Source: Nageia nagi (taxonomy: Eukaryota > Plantae > Pinophyta). Taken from it: a stretch of 64,000 nucleotides of DNA. Under the pieces are notes generated by a model. The model did no database searches. It saw only the letters and a program-made list of their open reading frames with translations, and had not been told where the DNA came from. The translations under genes were made by a program, and so were the position numbers. Where the stretch lies: the NCBI GenBank assembly GCA_050084985.1, contig JBITNC010000001.1, positions 41,416,001-41,480,000 on the forward strand, given 5' to 3'. Of the stretch, positions 51,501 to 61,340 are shown one piece after another (within the stretch, counting starts at the first letter, position 1; each line of letters starts with the position of its first letter).

Positions 51501-53184
51501 TTTTTTGAAGGCTTAAACACACTAATGTTCATACAGTTATGATGTAGGACAGACCCATGTCTTAATCATAGCTGGAGAAAGTGTCAACAATGAGGTTAAA
51601 TGATGCTGGCCTCAAGAAAGAAGAATCCTTTAAAACATTGGCATTCCTTATTACTCTTTCCCTACTAGGCTGGTCTGGTGAACATGATAGTTCATGAATC
51701 ACATACCTCTAGGTTTCTCGAGGATTGCATTGCATATAATCTTTTATTTGTAAAAATAGATTCAATATTATCTAGCTCTCATGGGCTTTGTTTCCCTGTA
51801 GCCCAAGTTTCAAGTACTTGAGGACAAGTGTTAAATGTCACGTTGCTGCACTCCAATTTTTTGGGGTTGGTGGCTGGTGGCCTATCCTGATGGCATTTCT
51901 GAGTAGGAGAGTTGTACTTCAGACATTCTAATTTGGGGATGCCCGAGTGTACATATACCAAATACCTGGTAGATATTAGACACTACAAATGTCTCCACAT
52001 CATACTAGGGGCACTTGGCCATCCCTGAGACAAACAGGAGATGTCTAGGCATATCCTAACCATCTCAAGAACACCCATAAATTTCCATTATCTGGGAGGC
52101 CATGAAACACACACATGTCAAGTGTGAACTACAGGTGTGGAGGCCTGCAAGGACTCCAACTTTACACCCTATCTAACTATCTAAACATAGACATAACATT
52201 TTGAAATAGAGAGTGAAAAAAAATGAACAAAGAAAAAACTAGGAGCTGTAAAAATAGAAATAGAAATAGAAGTATATATTAATGTCCATGGGTGATCAAA
52301 AATAGGTCAATGGGACTCAACAGTACAATCCAGTGAAAAGAGGAAGTACTAAGGTTAAGAACCTAGGGACTAACAAAAATGCTAGAAACCTATATAATCT
52401 TGAGGAATCAAAAAGAGACCCAAGTAGAGAAAAATAAAAAACAGCAGCATTTGGAACTTTGACTTGGAGAAACTTCTTGGAATGTTACGCAACAAGCATT
52501 TGGAGCATGCAGTTTGTTAAGATGGTAATTTTTCACAAGAAAGTATATAGGTGCCCTTATTATAGACGCACCAACTCCATCAGTCGCCACAACACCTGTA
52601 GCTATACAGAGCTGCTTTACAATGTATTAAACATTAACATATACCTTTTGTTTGCTAAATTCTTAAAGCTTGCTTCACACATACTTTTGGTTGAGCAGCT
52701 AAGCAAGACCAATTCAATATCAATCAAATTTCACAGTAAATAACCATTCAAGATATACATTATTACAAACAAATTACCACTGCAATATTTAAAGTTGTCT
52801 GTTTTAAGTTTATATCATTTATTTGCCTTTCCCATGCTTTCAAAAAATAATAATAACTGTAAAAGGGAGCAAATGAAGAAAGAACTTACATTGGAACGTG
52901 AGTATGATAGGACATGACAAGAGGAACACACAATAGTTTTGCAATCACAAGGGCGCCAAATACCTAAAAGCAAATAATATGGTCAGTCATGTTGGTTGAA
53001 GAAGATTAATTTTCCCAAACACACTACCCAAGCAACCAACATTACAATATCCTCTATAATACTCACCATAATCCCTGGTGATGTACAATGTATAATGTGA
53101 GGTTTGAATTTTGCAACTTTCCAAATGATGCGTGGGCTCAAAGCTAGGGATAGAAGAACTTTAGTATACCAAGGGCAAGGAAAG
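30018..53184 (-). CDS. SQD2: Sulfoquinovosyltransferase SQD2-like (GT4 family), 3' eight exons (about 349 aa); 5' exons outside the window
   Basis: Exons 53067-53184, 52890-52963, 31686-31741, 31502-31585, 31231-31318, 31035-31112, 30626-30682 and 30018-30513 are all GT-AG and phase-consistent. Joined protein FPCPWY...SPGIM|VFGAL...MSYHTHVP|IYIPKYTFSWL...KGVDSESFHP...HVGRLGVEK...FIGDGPY...PSESETLGFVVLEAMSSGVPVV matches plant SQD2. Confidence 0.95.
30626..30682 (-). CDS. SQD2: SQD2 exon
   Basis: FMDKLPEVRLAFIGDGPY; TAG acceptor, GTAAG donor. Confidence 0.95.
31035..31112 (-). CDS. SQD2: SQD2 exon
   Basis: NGEPQKPLIIHVGRLGVEKNLSFFK; CAG acceptor, GTAAG donor. Confidence 0.95.
31231..31318 (-). 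CDS. SQD2: SQD2 exon
   Basis: YKIRLWHKGVDSESFHPNYRSDKMRIHL; TAG acceptor, GTATG donor. Confidence 0.95.
31502..31585 (-). CDS. SQD2: SQD2 exon
   Basis: LLHRAADLTLVTSTVVAKELEAARVAA; TAG acceptor, GTGAGT donor. Confidence 0.95.
31686..31741 (-). CDS. SQD2: SQD2 exon
   Basis: YIPKYTFSWLVKPMWLII; CAG acceptor, GTGAG donor. Confidence 0.95.
32309..32320 (+). promoter_or_regulatory. Orphan tRNA-Met PBS of a highly decayed LTR element
   Basis: TTCTTAACA|TGGCATCAGAGC, i.e. an LTR-like end followed by a PBS. Confidence 0.4.
34248..34715. mobile_element. Truncated non-autonomous DNA-transposon end with AATCGG/AATCAG subterminal repeats
   Basis: Interrupts gypsy-3 gag. Its left end resembles the 49446 MITE end. 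Second TIR not found. Confidence 0.45.
34728..35255 (+). repeat. About 254-bp tandem duplication separated by a (TA)n spacer
   Basis: Copies at 34728-34981 and 35001-35255 are near-identical. ATATAT run at 34982-34998. Confidence 0.9.
38465..42551 (-). mobile_element. Ty1/copia element, gag/protease deleted, 5' LTR rearranged
   Basis: GAG-pre-integrase HQRLGHLN (about 42230), integrase 41471..42067 (HLDLMGPF, RLDNGGEY), RT LYVDDLLITG, RNaseH SDSDYGGDKDDRKSTS / RTKHVE. PPT GGGGGAG at 38969-38975. 3' LTR about 38465..38968. Confidence 0.9.
43100..44480 (+). repeat. Degenerate 172-183-bp tandem array inside the giant LTR
   Basis: AAATCCA...GCACCTA motif at about 43220, 43392, 43564, 43747, 43930, 44113 and 44295. 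Confidence 0.8.
45336..48610 (+). pseudogene. LTR-embedded ORF of about 1090 codons (PMD/Transposase_32-like N-terminus, low-complexity middle, coiled-coil-like C-terminus), degenerate
   Basis: Branch point/acceptor CTAAC...CACAG (45325), then ATG at 45336. Reads MSIAKKNKELQMEK...FPEL*LEVARYYNKKERVLDTEGTKILDFTTEGIESAF...WSKVISDCMAQQL...FYMSSYL...YIRVYGSIEPPYRLPRYVSD...IANQPL*. Links the track ORFs at 45747, 45935, 46150, 47381 and 47980. Confidence 0.7.
49446..49782. mobile_element. hAT-type MITE (337 bp)
   Basis: TIRs CATAGTTGGAAAAATCAGA / rc CATAGTTAGAAAAATCGGA. 8-bp TSD CTTTGTTG/TTTTGTTG. Internal CCGATT/AATCGG repeats. Confidence 0.9.
52890..52963 (-). CDS. SQD2: SQD2 exon
   Basis: VFGALVIAKLLCVPLVMSYHTHVP; TAG acceptor, GTAAG donor. 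Confidence 0.95.
53067..53184 (-). CDS. SQD2: SQD2 exon (most 5' exon in the window)
   Basis: FPCPWYTKVLLSLALSPRIIWKVAKFKPHIIHCTSPGIM; CAG acceptor, GTGAGT donor. Confidence 0.93.
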
Positions 53185-55136
53185 CTGCAAAAGCAAAAAT
53201 AGGTGTTAGAGAAAGGTACAAGGAAGGCACATCACATGCCAGACACAAACATAAAACCTGCAGAAAATGGCAGAGAAAGCATGGTTCTCCATTGAGAAAA
53301 TATTAATAATTATCAATACTGAGTTCTTCTAAGATATTCAAAGGAAGGAAAGTTGATAATATGATTAGATAGAAAACTGCAAATCATACAAGAATGAAGA
53401 AAAATATATCAATTATAAAGTAAAACACTGAAGCACATGGATGCTAAGCAGGTGATTAAATCATGTTCAATATTCTACTTTGAATGAAGATGGTGCAGCT
53501 GAGAGGATACTTGCACAAGTTTAGCTCCCAACTCTTATTAGAACAACATATTTTGATACACAATTCCAATTACTAAACAGTGACTTTACAAACAAGTTTA
53601 TTCACAAGTAAAAGAAACAATATATAGCATAAATAAGCCACAAAAAACTAAATTTTAACTTCAAGAACTTCTTGACTAATATTTGACAGTTTTCTAATTC
53701 AGATTATGGTGCCCGCTGTCAAGCACTTACCAGGCATATGAAATTCAAAACTTTAAATATTTGCCTGCCATTGTGGCAGATGTTGAGAAACTTAGCTTTC
53801 CTCAATAACAAGTATTCTCATTTAAGAATGCAGTTATCCTTGTAAAGGATAAGGCTACGATATTCTAGAAGCAGCTGAATTAGATGGGTAAATGACAAAA
53901 GACTCTTAACTTCAAAGAATGAAAAATGAGTCCTTTATCAGCAATTGAGAAGCCTCCAGATTGAACCTGGAACCTGGGGATTTGGCTACATAAGCTGAAG
54001 CAATTCAAATCAGAAGCTGGTATGTCTGAAACCAAAAACTCATATTCTTCACGCATATGCAGAGGTTATTGCCTAACATCTTTGACTCCGATGCAGAAAG
54101 GTTCAAGTTTTGAAAACCTGGACACTGGTTTTTGGAGAACATGGGCTTTAAATAACTTATATATAAGTGGTCTTGGAAGTTCAACACAAAAGAGGAAAGT
54201 CCTTTTGAGGTTCCAATCAAGGCTACTATAACTTTCCTTCCTTCTTAGGTACCAATGGTTGCCGAAGGTGCATTGCACATTAAGTTGCATACGATTCTCC
54301 AAGGATCTACTCACCATATTCGGCTCAAGAGAATTTGAAGACTTCACTAAAGTTTTAACTAGCCTATGCCAAACATGTATAGTCAAAGACTACTTAATGG
54401 CATTTGAAAAGCAAGCCAACATAACAATGTAGTTACTAGATAGATTTTTCAAAATTTGCTTCACCAGTGTTCTTCAAGAAGGCATTAAAGTTGAAATGCA
54501 ACTTGTCAATCCAAACAGCTAGTTGAAAGTGATGGGTCTCACCAAGCTTGCTGAAGGCAAATGCAATGCCCAACGCAAAACCCATGCAGCCACTACCCTT
54601 GTATAATAAGCCCATACTAAACTCGTAACCTCCAATTATACAGCAATTGTCTCCTAATGAGATGGCAGCTAGACAATCTGAGGGGCTTTGTTATAATTGT
54701 AATTTGTGATGAGAAATGGATGGCAAGAAATACAGGCAAGGAAAAAAGGATCTACCTACTCAATGTAGGAGCCAGCCCATCACATGATAGCCATGTTGAG
54801 GAAAGCTCAATGTAATTTGAGGTCAAAACATAAACCCATGAATAACTTCCAAAGGCACCATCAGTAGAGGATGACCCAAAAAATTCTATGCATGCCTTGA
54901 GGGCACATCAAGGGCCACAAGGTGCTGGTGTTCTTCAACTCAAGGATTACACATAATTTCATGGACCTAGGTTTAGCAAAGAAAGTTGACTGCTTTTTCA
55001 ATGTGAGTAATAACTTTCAGGTCATGATGGCCAGTGGCAAAAAAATGTCTTGTGCAAGTAAATGTCACAATGCTCACCTCAACATGGAAGATTCCCAATT
55101 ACAATTCGACTTCTATGCCCTTTAGATGGGAGGATA

Positions 55137-55248
55137 TCATTTGGTCCTTGAGTGTCAATGATTATGCACTCTCGATCAAATGCTAGGGGATGTCATTTGG
55201 TCCTTGAGTGTCAATGATTATGCACTCTCGATCAAATGCTAGGGGATG
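55137..55248 (+). repeat. Exact 56-bp tandem duplication
   Basis: TCATTTGGTCCTTGAG...GCTAGGGGATG starts at 55137 and 55193. Confidence 0.95.
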
Positions 55249-55652
55249 TTTTTGAACTACAAATGCAATTTGATACTGATGACAAACCACACATCCTTAG
55301 AGGTATTTAGTCAGACTCGACAAATTATTTCTTTACATTGCATGGAATAAATGCTCAAGGAGGGACATCGCGGCATAATTCCCCCAAATGGAGTTGGCAT
55401 ACACCTAACTAGTGGAACCCCAATCAGATACAGAAATCCTTCTCACCAAATATGATTCTATCTTCATAGAGCCAACTGAACACCCTTCCATCAGGTAAAA
55501 AGATCATCAAATTCACTTCATTTCTAGAAGCCTCCCACTAAACGTCATCCCCTACAAGTATCCATATAATCAAAAGAACAAGATCAAGAAGATAATATAA
55601 GAATTGTTTGATGTTGGGTTCATCCAACCCATAATCAATCCTTTCTAAGAAC

Positions 55653-56278
55653 CATAGATTAAAAACGTGGCAATCATTCGAAAAAATCAAAGATTACTCG
55701 CTGCTTCAAAGATTTCAATTATTCTGTTTAAAACGTGGCTAACTTGCATCTATCAGGAATATACTTATTTTCTAGCTATTATTCTTATAATCATGCATGC
55801 TTTTGTAGTTTATTAGAATAATGCCAACTGCATCTACGCTTGGAACTGCTTCTACTGAATCAACTGGTTCTTTGACTGGGTCACAAAATACTGGAACTAG
55901 GTAACTCGAGTAATCAACCGACACATTCACCAATACAAGCATTTTTTCTCCAATGAATGGATTTGTATCTGCACTTGGATATGCTGTCGATGGTGCTTCC
56001 TCTTCGACTCAATTCATAGTCATTCAAGACAACTTGCTACCTATGCCTTTCTTTCGACCAGACTCTGCACACAAAGCTACTACTTCTTGCTATTAGAATG
56101 GTATTTAATAGTAATATACCATTAAAAATCTTGTCATTCAACTATCATGAAAGTTTATATATTATTTTATTTATTTTATTTTTTTAATCCGTTTTTTTCC
56201 CAATTAATCATGAATTCACCGAGTAATCACCGAACTGGTTCAAACAATTATTTGGTGAATCCACATTTTAGACCTATG
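55653..56278. mobile_element. hAT-type non-autonomous element (626 bp) in gypsy-4 RT
   Basis: TIRs CATAGATTAAAAACGTGG / rc CATAGGTCTAAAATGTGG. 8-bp TSD CTAAGAAC/CTTAGAAC. Host RT resumes after it. Confidence 0.85.
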
Positions 56279-58288
56279 CTTAGAACCAATCTTGTTAGTA
56301 AGGAAAAAGGATGGATCTTGGAGGATGTATGTAGACTTCCGTGAATTAAATTGATTTATTATCAAGGATAAATTTAGAATTGCCCATCCCCATCATCAAT
56401 CATTTATTGGAAGAACTTCATGGGGTAACATTCTTTACCAAACAATCTTCTCTCCAAATACCACCAAATTCATATGAGTGAAGCATATATCCCCAAAACA
56501 ACTTTTTGCACACATGAAGGTCACTACTAGTTTCGTATGATGTTCAGTTTGATGAAAGTCCTTAAAGGATCATTCGCAATATCTTGATACCATGCTTCAA
56601 ACACTCTAAACAATCTAATTATACATCAACGAGTCCAAGTGTGCCTTTGCGGTGCAAACAATAAAATACCTAAGACACATTGTCTTAGACCAATTTGTTC
56701 AAGTCAACCCAAAAAAGATTGAGGCGATGAAGGAATGGGTAAAAAACTAAAAACTATCTTTAAAACGTTTTGAGGAATTTTTGGTCTCATATATTACTAC
56801 TAGAATTTTGTCAAGGACTATGGTAAAATTGTTGCTTCATTCACATGGACAATTGCGGATGAGCAAGATTTTGAACAATGTAAACTTATCATTTGTACCA
56901 TGCCAATGCTAGCAATGCTAGACTTCTCTAAAATGTTTTTCATTGAGAGTGGTGACACATCTGGCATAGGCATTAGAGTTTTACTTATGTAAGAAGGATG
57001 CCCACTTACCATCATGAGAAAGGCTTTGACAAGTAAAATCTTGGCAAAGTCTACCTATGAAAAAGAGACGCTCACCATCGTGCAGGTAAACCCACATTGA
57101 CGTTCACATCTATTTGGTCACACTTCTAAATTAATATAGATCATCATAGCCTCAAATATTTCTTGGGTTACAAAACTTAGTGGCTATGGCTATGAGATTA
57201 TTTACCACAAGGGTAAGGAAATGTGGTGGCAGATGCTCTCTCCTCTCTACCTAGGAAAACAAGCACTCTTTGTGCTCTCTTCTTTCCTATGATAGAAAGA
57301 GATCCAAACCGAATGGGATAGCAACCCACAACTCTCTAAGCTCATCCAAGACTTGGAAGTTGATTCATGATCGCAACCTCATTACTATTGGTAGGGAAAC
57401 CAATTGCACTAAAAAGGATGCTTGGTAATCTTTGCTTCATCAACCAACAAGATCAGATTGCTATGGGAACTACATTCCATTCCAATTAGGGGACACTTAT
57501 AATTCTTATATACCAACTAATGAGTTAAATGGGATTTCTTTTGAAAAGATATGAAGAAGGATATCAAGGGTTCTATGGATTCTTGTGACCCCTGTCAAAA
57601 ATCGAAAGAGGAAACACTTAAGTCACCAAAACTCCACTAAACACTCTGCATCCCAACCATGGCATGGTCTAACATTTCCATGGACTTCATTTATGGATGG
57701 ATCGATTTACCAAATATGCTCACTTTTGTGCACTAGGGCATCCATACACAACCACCACTATTGCACAAACATTCATGGATCGTATCTTATGACTTTATGA
57801 AATGTCGTGTTCGATTGCTAGTGATTGTGATCCAACCTTCATTGGCAAATTATGGTAAGAGCTTTTCAAGCAATAGGGCACCACTCTCAAACTCAACTTT
57901 TGCTCACCATCCACAAAAAAATGGGCAAATTGAGGTGCTTAATAAATGTTTGGATATATATCTTCAGTGTTTCATCTCTAACCAATAGTCTCCCTGGTTT
58001 CAACAACTCCTCTAGCCAAACAGTGATACAACACTTCCTATCATTCTTCCTCCAAAATGACACCATTTGAAGCATTGTATAGCCAACCACCATTGTCAGT
58101 GGTATTTCTAGGGTAGAATCAATGGATGTTGCACTCACCACTCGTGCCAATATCCCCCAAAACTTAAAAGACAACTTGCTCAAGGCTCAAAATCGCATGA
58201 AACAATGAGTTGACCAACATAGATCTAAGCGGTATTTCAACATGGGAGATATGTTTTTCTACAACTTCAACCCTAGAAACAAACCTCC

Positions 58289-61200
58289 TTTATTTATATT
58301 AATTGAGAACTTAGGTTTTGAGGATCCTCAACCTTTACATTTTTTGGAAGTATTCAAGCCTAGGAACAACAAAATTACTAAACATAAGTAATAGTTGCTA
58401 CAACTGAAAAAGAAACTAAGCCAATAACTAGATAACATATATAGGATGGGAACAAGTCCCCAAAAAGAACTAGATAAGGTGTCTCAATACAAATCCACAG
58501 TCTCTAGCCGCATACCCCTTAGATGGAACCTCCTACTAGAAGCTTTCTCTTCAAAGATTTGAAAGCCTTGGTGATCTCTCTAGTGGAGTCAACAGCCAAC
58601 TTGATCGTCTCAGCATGGGCACCAATTGTTGTCTCCAAATTGTCCAACCATGACAGAATGTCTTTTTGCTTTGGAGCCACCTCTAGCTTCGGTTTTCCGT
58701 TCTTACTAGTGGAGGTCTCCGCTAGCATTTTTCCTTTTTTATTTTTGGGAGATACATCCTTAGAATCATCCAAACTACACAAAATCTCCTCCCTTGCCAA
58801 GACTTTGGATTTTCTCCTTGACGCACTTACTTTCCCTTCAGAGGGAGTTACAGACCGATTTCCTCTATAGCTTCTCGAGGGTTTCTCTTAGTTTCCTGAG
58901 TTGAAAAAAGAGGGATCCTTTCCGCTAAAAGCCTCCTCGGAGTTTGCTAGAGTCTTCCCCTCTACATAAGAGTCAACCTCAGAGCTTTTGGGCTCTTGCC
59001 TCACCCCTTTCACTGTCCCAGACGAGTCCTCCGACCTCGAGTCTGAGGCCTCAAATGACGAATATGAAATGAGCCTCTTCGACGATTTGTTGGCCTCTAC
59101 TACCTCCCTCTTAGTCTAAGCATGCTAAAATAACAAAGTGAGCAGACTTGCATGCTTTAGGGTTGCCATTTTGCCTTTCTAAACAAAAATTACCACCTTC
59201 TAGACAAACTTGCATAAAAAGAGAGGGGAATTCATTTGTTGATACCCCTAAATATGGTTAAGGAAAGCCATATAAAAACTACGGGCCACATGCTCTCATT
59301 GAGAGTGAAGAATTGCATTATGACCAAAAGAACTTCCCCTAAGGATCCGGAAGGGAATCCCTTTGAATTCCAAGAGAGAAGCGCACCAATTGAGAGCTTG
59401 GAAACCTCTCTTGCATGCAAAACAGATCAATATCATTCTTTAACAAGTGCTTCTCTTTGAGAAGATTAATCGCTCTGGCTGGTAAACTTGAAACCTCTGA
59501 CAACAAGTCCACACTAATGGTGAATTTCAACCCTCTCGTCCATACCTTGCCTTTTTACCATGACTGAGCCATGGTCATGGCTAGCTCGAGATCAACAACA
59601 ATGAATTTTGAGAGGAGGTTCCATAACCCTCCCTTCTCCAAGGCTACTCGAATAGCCACATCCACCTCCAAAGTAGTCAGCTCGATTTGTCCTTTTGCCA
59701 TGATCACCCACAAAAGAACAGTAGTAAAACCAAAAGCAGAGAAAAGATAGATGAGGATGAATGCAACGAGAAGGGGTGGTGAATATAACCTGTTATGCAT
59801 GTGCGAGCTGGAGCTTACAGCTTCATGTAATGATAGTGTTAATTTTCGAAGTTGCCTTTGCCACCTCCAATCATAATCTCCCTATTTGCATGCATGCTTG
59901 GGAATTGGTACAATAGTTGGAACATGAGACTCAACTTGCCACCATCGCATATGGAGTATGCCACCAAAGTCCACAGTATGCCTCAAGGGAAGGGGGAGTA
60001 CAAGAATATCATATAATGAGAATCCAAGAATCTTGAAGCATTGGAAAGGGACAAGCAACCAATTCCTACCAATTAATTGATGACAACCAATATTTAAAAA
60101 TGCCAATTTAAAATAGAGTTGGTGGCCAAAGGTATCTCCTCCAAATTTGGATATCTTCGTTGAGACCCCTTAGAAGCTAGAAAGATTATGTACTTCATTA
60201 CTTTTATCTTGGGAAACCTGTCTTGCTACTTGCTAGAGCTTTCGGAGGGTTCACCTCCCAAACAAAGAGCTCTTCTTGGAAAAGGCCCATGTTGGCAAGC
60301 ATATCCATTATTCTATTACCATCCCTATAGGTATGTTCTATGTTGAATTCCATGAGCTCTGAAAACCAACTCTTGATCTCATCAAAAAGTTTGATTTGGT
60401 TCCAGGTGGGCTCCTAGGAGCCTTTTAAGGTTCTGATTATATTGAGGGAGTCTCCTTCAATGATGACTCTGTTATACCCCTACTACCTTAAAAAATTCAC
60501 TCCATGGAAGGCTGCTCTTGCCTCTGCATAGTGACTAGTTTGATGACCAATCCTCTCGATAAAGAAAACAAGGAGTTGCCCGTGGTTATCTTTGATAATA
60601 CCCCTCATTCTAGATTCCCTTGGTTTCGCTTTGAAGCTCCATCACAATTTAGCTTCACCTAACCTTCAGGGGGGGCAAGATCTATCAACCTTCACCTCCA
60701 CATTAGAGATCTCTTTGTGAGTCATTCTCAAAACTCAAAAGTCATCACATATTCATCACATGGTCTTAATACAAACTAGACTTATCACTCACGTCCAAGA
60801 TCCAACTAATTTTTTACGTATCATGCCTAAAAAAGATAGTTGGTAACAAATACTCGAATATAAACAACCCTACCAAAGATGATGAAGAAGTTTCTCCATT
60901 GATTAAGCTAGCAACCATCCTTAATTGATTTCCTCCTCCTTTCGATATATAGACCAAAGATGTGTAACACTCTACCTGTGGGAGGTTTTTGTTATTCGAA
61001 AACACCTCTTATCCCACATCCAAGCAATGACCACCACATTACACCCTTCTTCTAGCTTTCCTTGGACAAGGGTGCGTGACGACCCTCCCCCCCCACTTGA
61101 CGCACCAAGAGACGCATACATGACACCCAGATTCCTTCGAGGTCTTGACAAATTACATCCTTCTTCAAAGTTGATACGGGCCTAGATTTTAGAGATCAAG

Positions 61201-61340
61201 GATATCCCATCATGGCAACACCATTGAGAGTGTCTTCAAGTTCTCTCTAGATCGTCCCTGATCAAACTCTTCTTGTTTGATCTCGACAATATAGTGCTAC
61301 TATTTTGCATTCTCTTCTTACTTCTAGGGTTTTGACCCCT
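58289..61340 (-). mobile_element. LINE-B: 5'-truncated L1-type LINE (ORF2 C-terminus + RNase H) with an extra 3' ORF, in gypsy-4
   Basis: RNaseH VKLNCDGASK and VIIEGDSLNII (about 60440-60660). 3' tail rc TGTAAAGGTTGAGGATCCTCAAAACC...TTAATATAAATAAA parallels the LINE-A tail. 5' end approximate. Confidence 0.8.
58519..59701 (-). pseudogene. LINE-B ORF3 (about 390 codons), homolog of LINE-A ORF3
   Basis: Reads MAKGQIELTTL...GGLWNLLSKFIVVDLELAMTMAQSW*KGKVWTRGLKFTISVDLLSEVSSLP...RDSLPDP*GEVLLVIMQFFTL..., then a Ser/Lys-rich linker and a helical tail ending LKRKLLVGGSI*. Confidence 0.65.

Noticed and set aside
51790-52140. Possible MITE with CCTGTAG...CTACAGG ends
   Set aside because: The TIR match is short and no TSD was found.
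52408-52595. Possible alternative SQD2 exon (minus-strand CAG acceptor near 52596)
   Set aside because: No similarity to SQD2, and the flanking exons already join in phase. Cannot be supported without transcripts.
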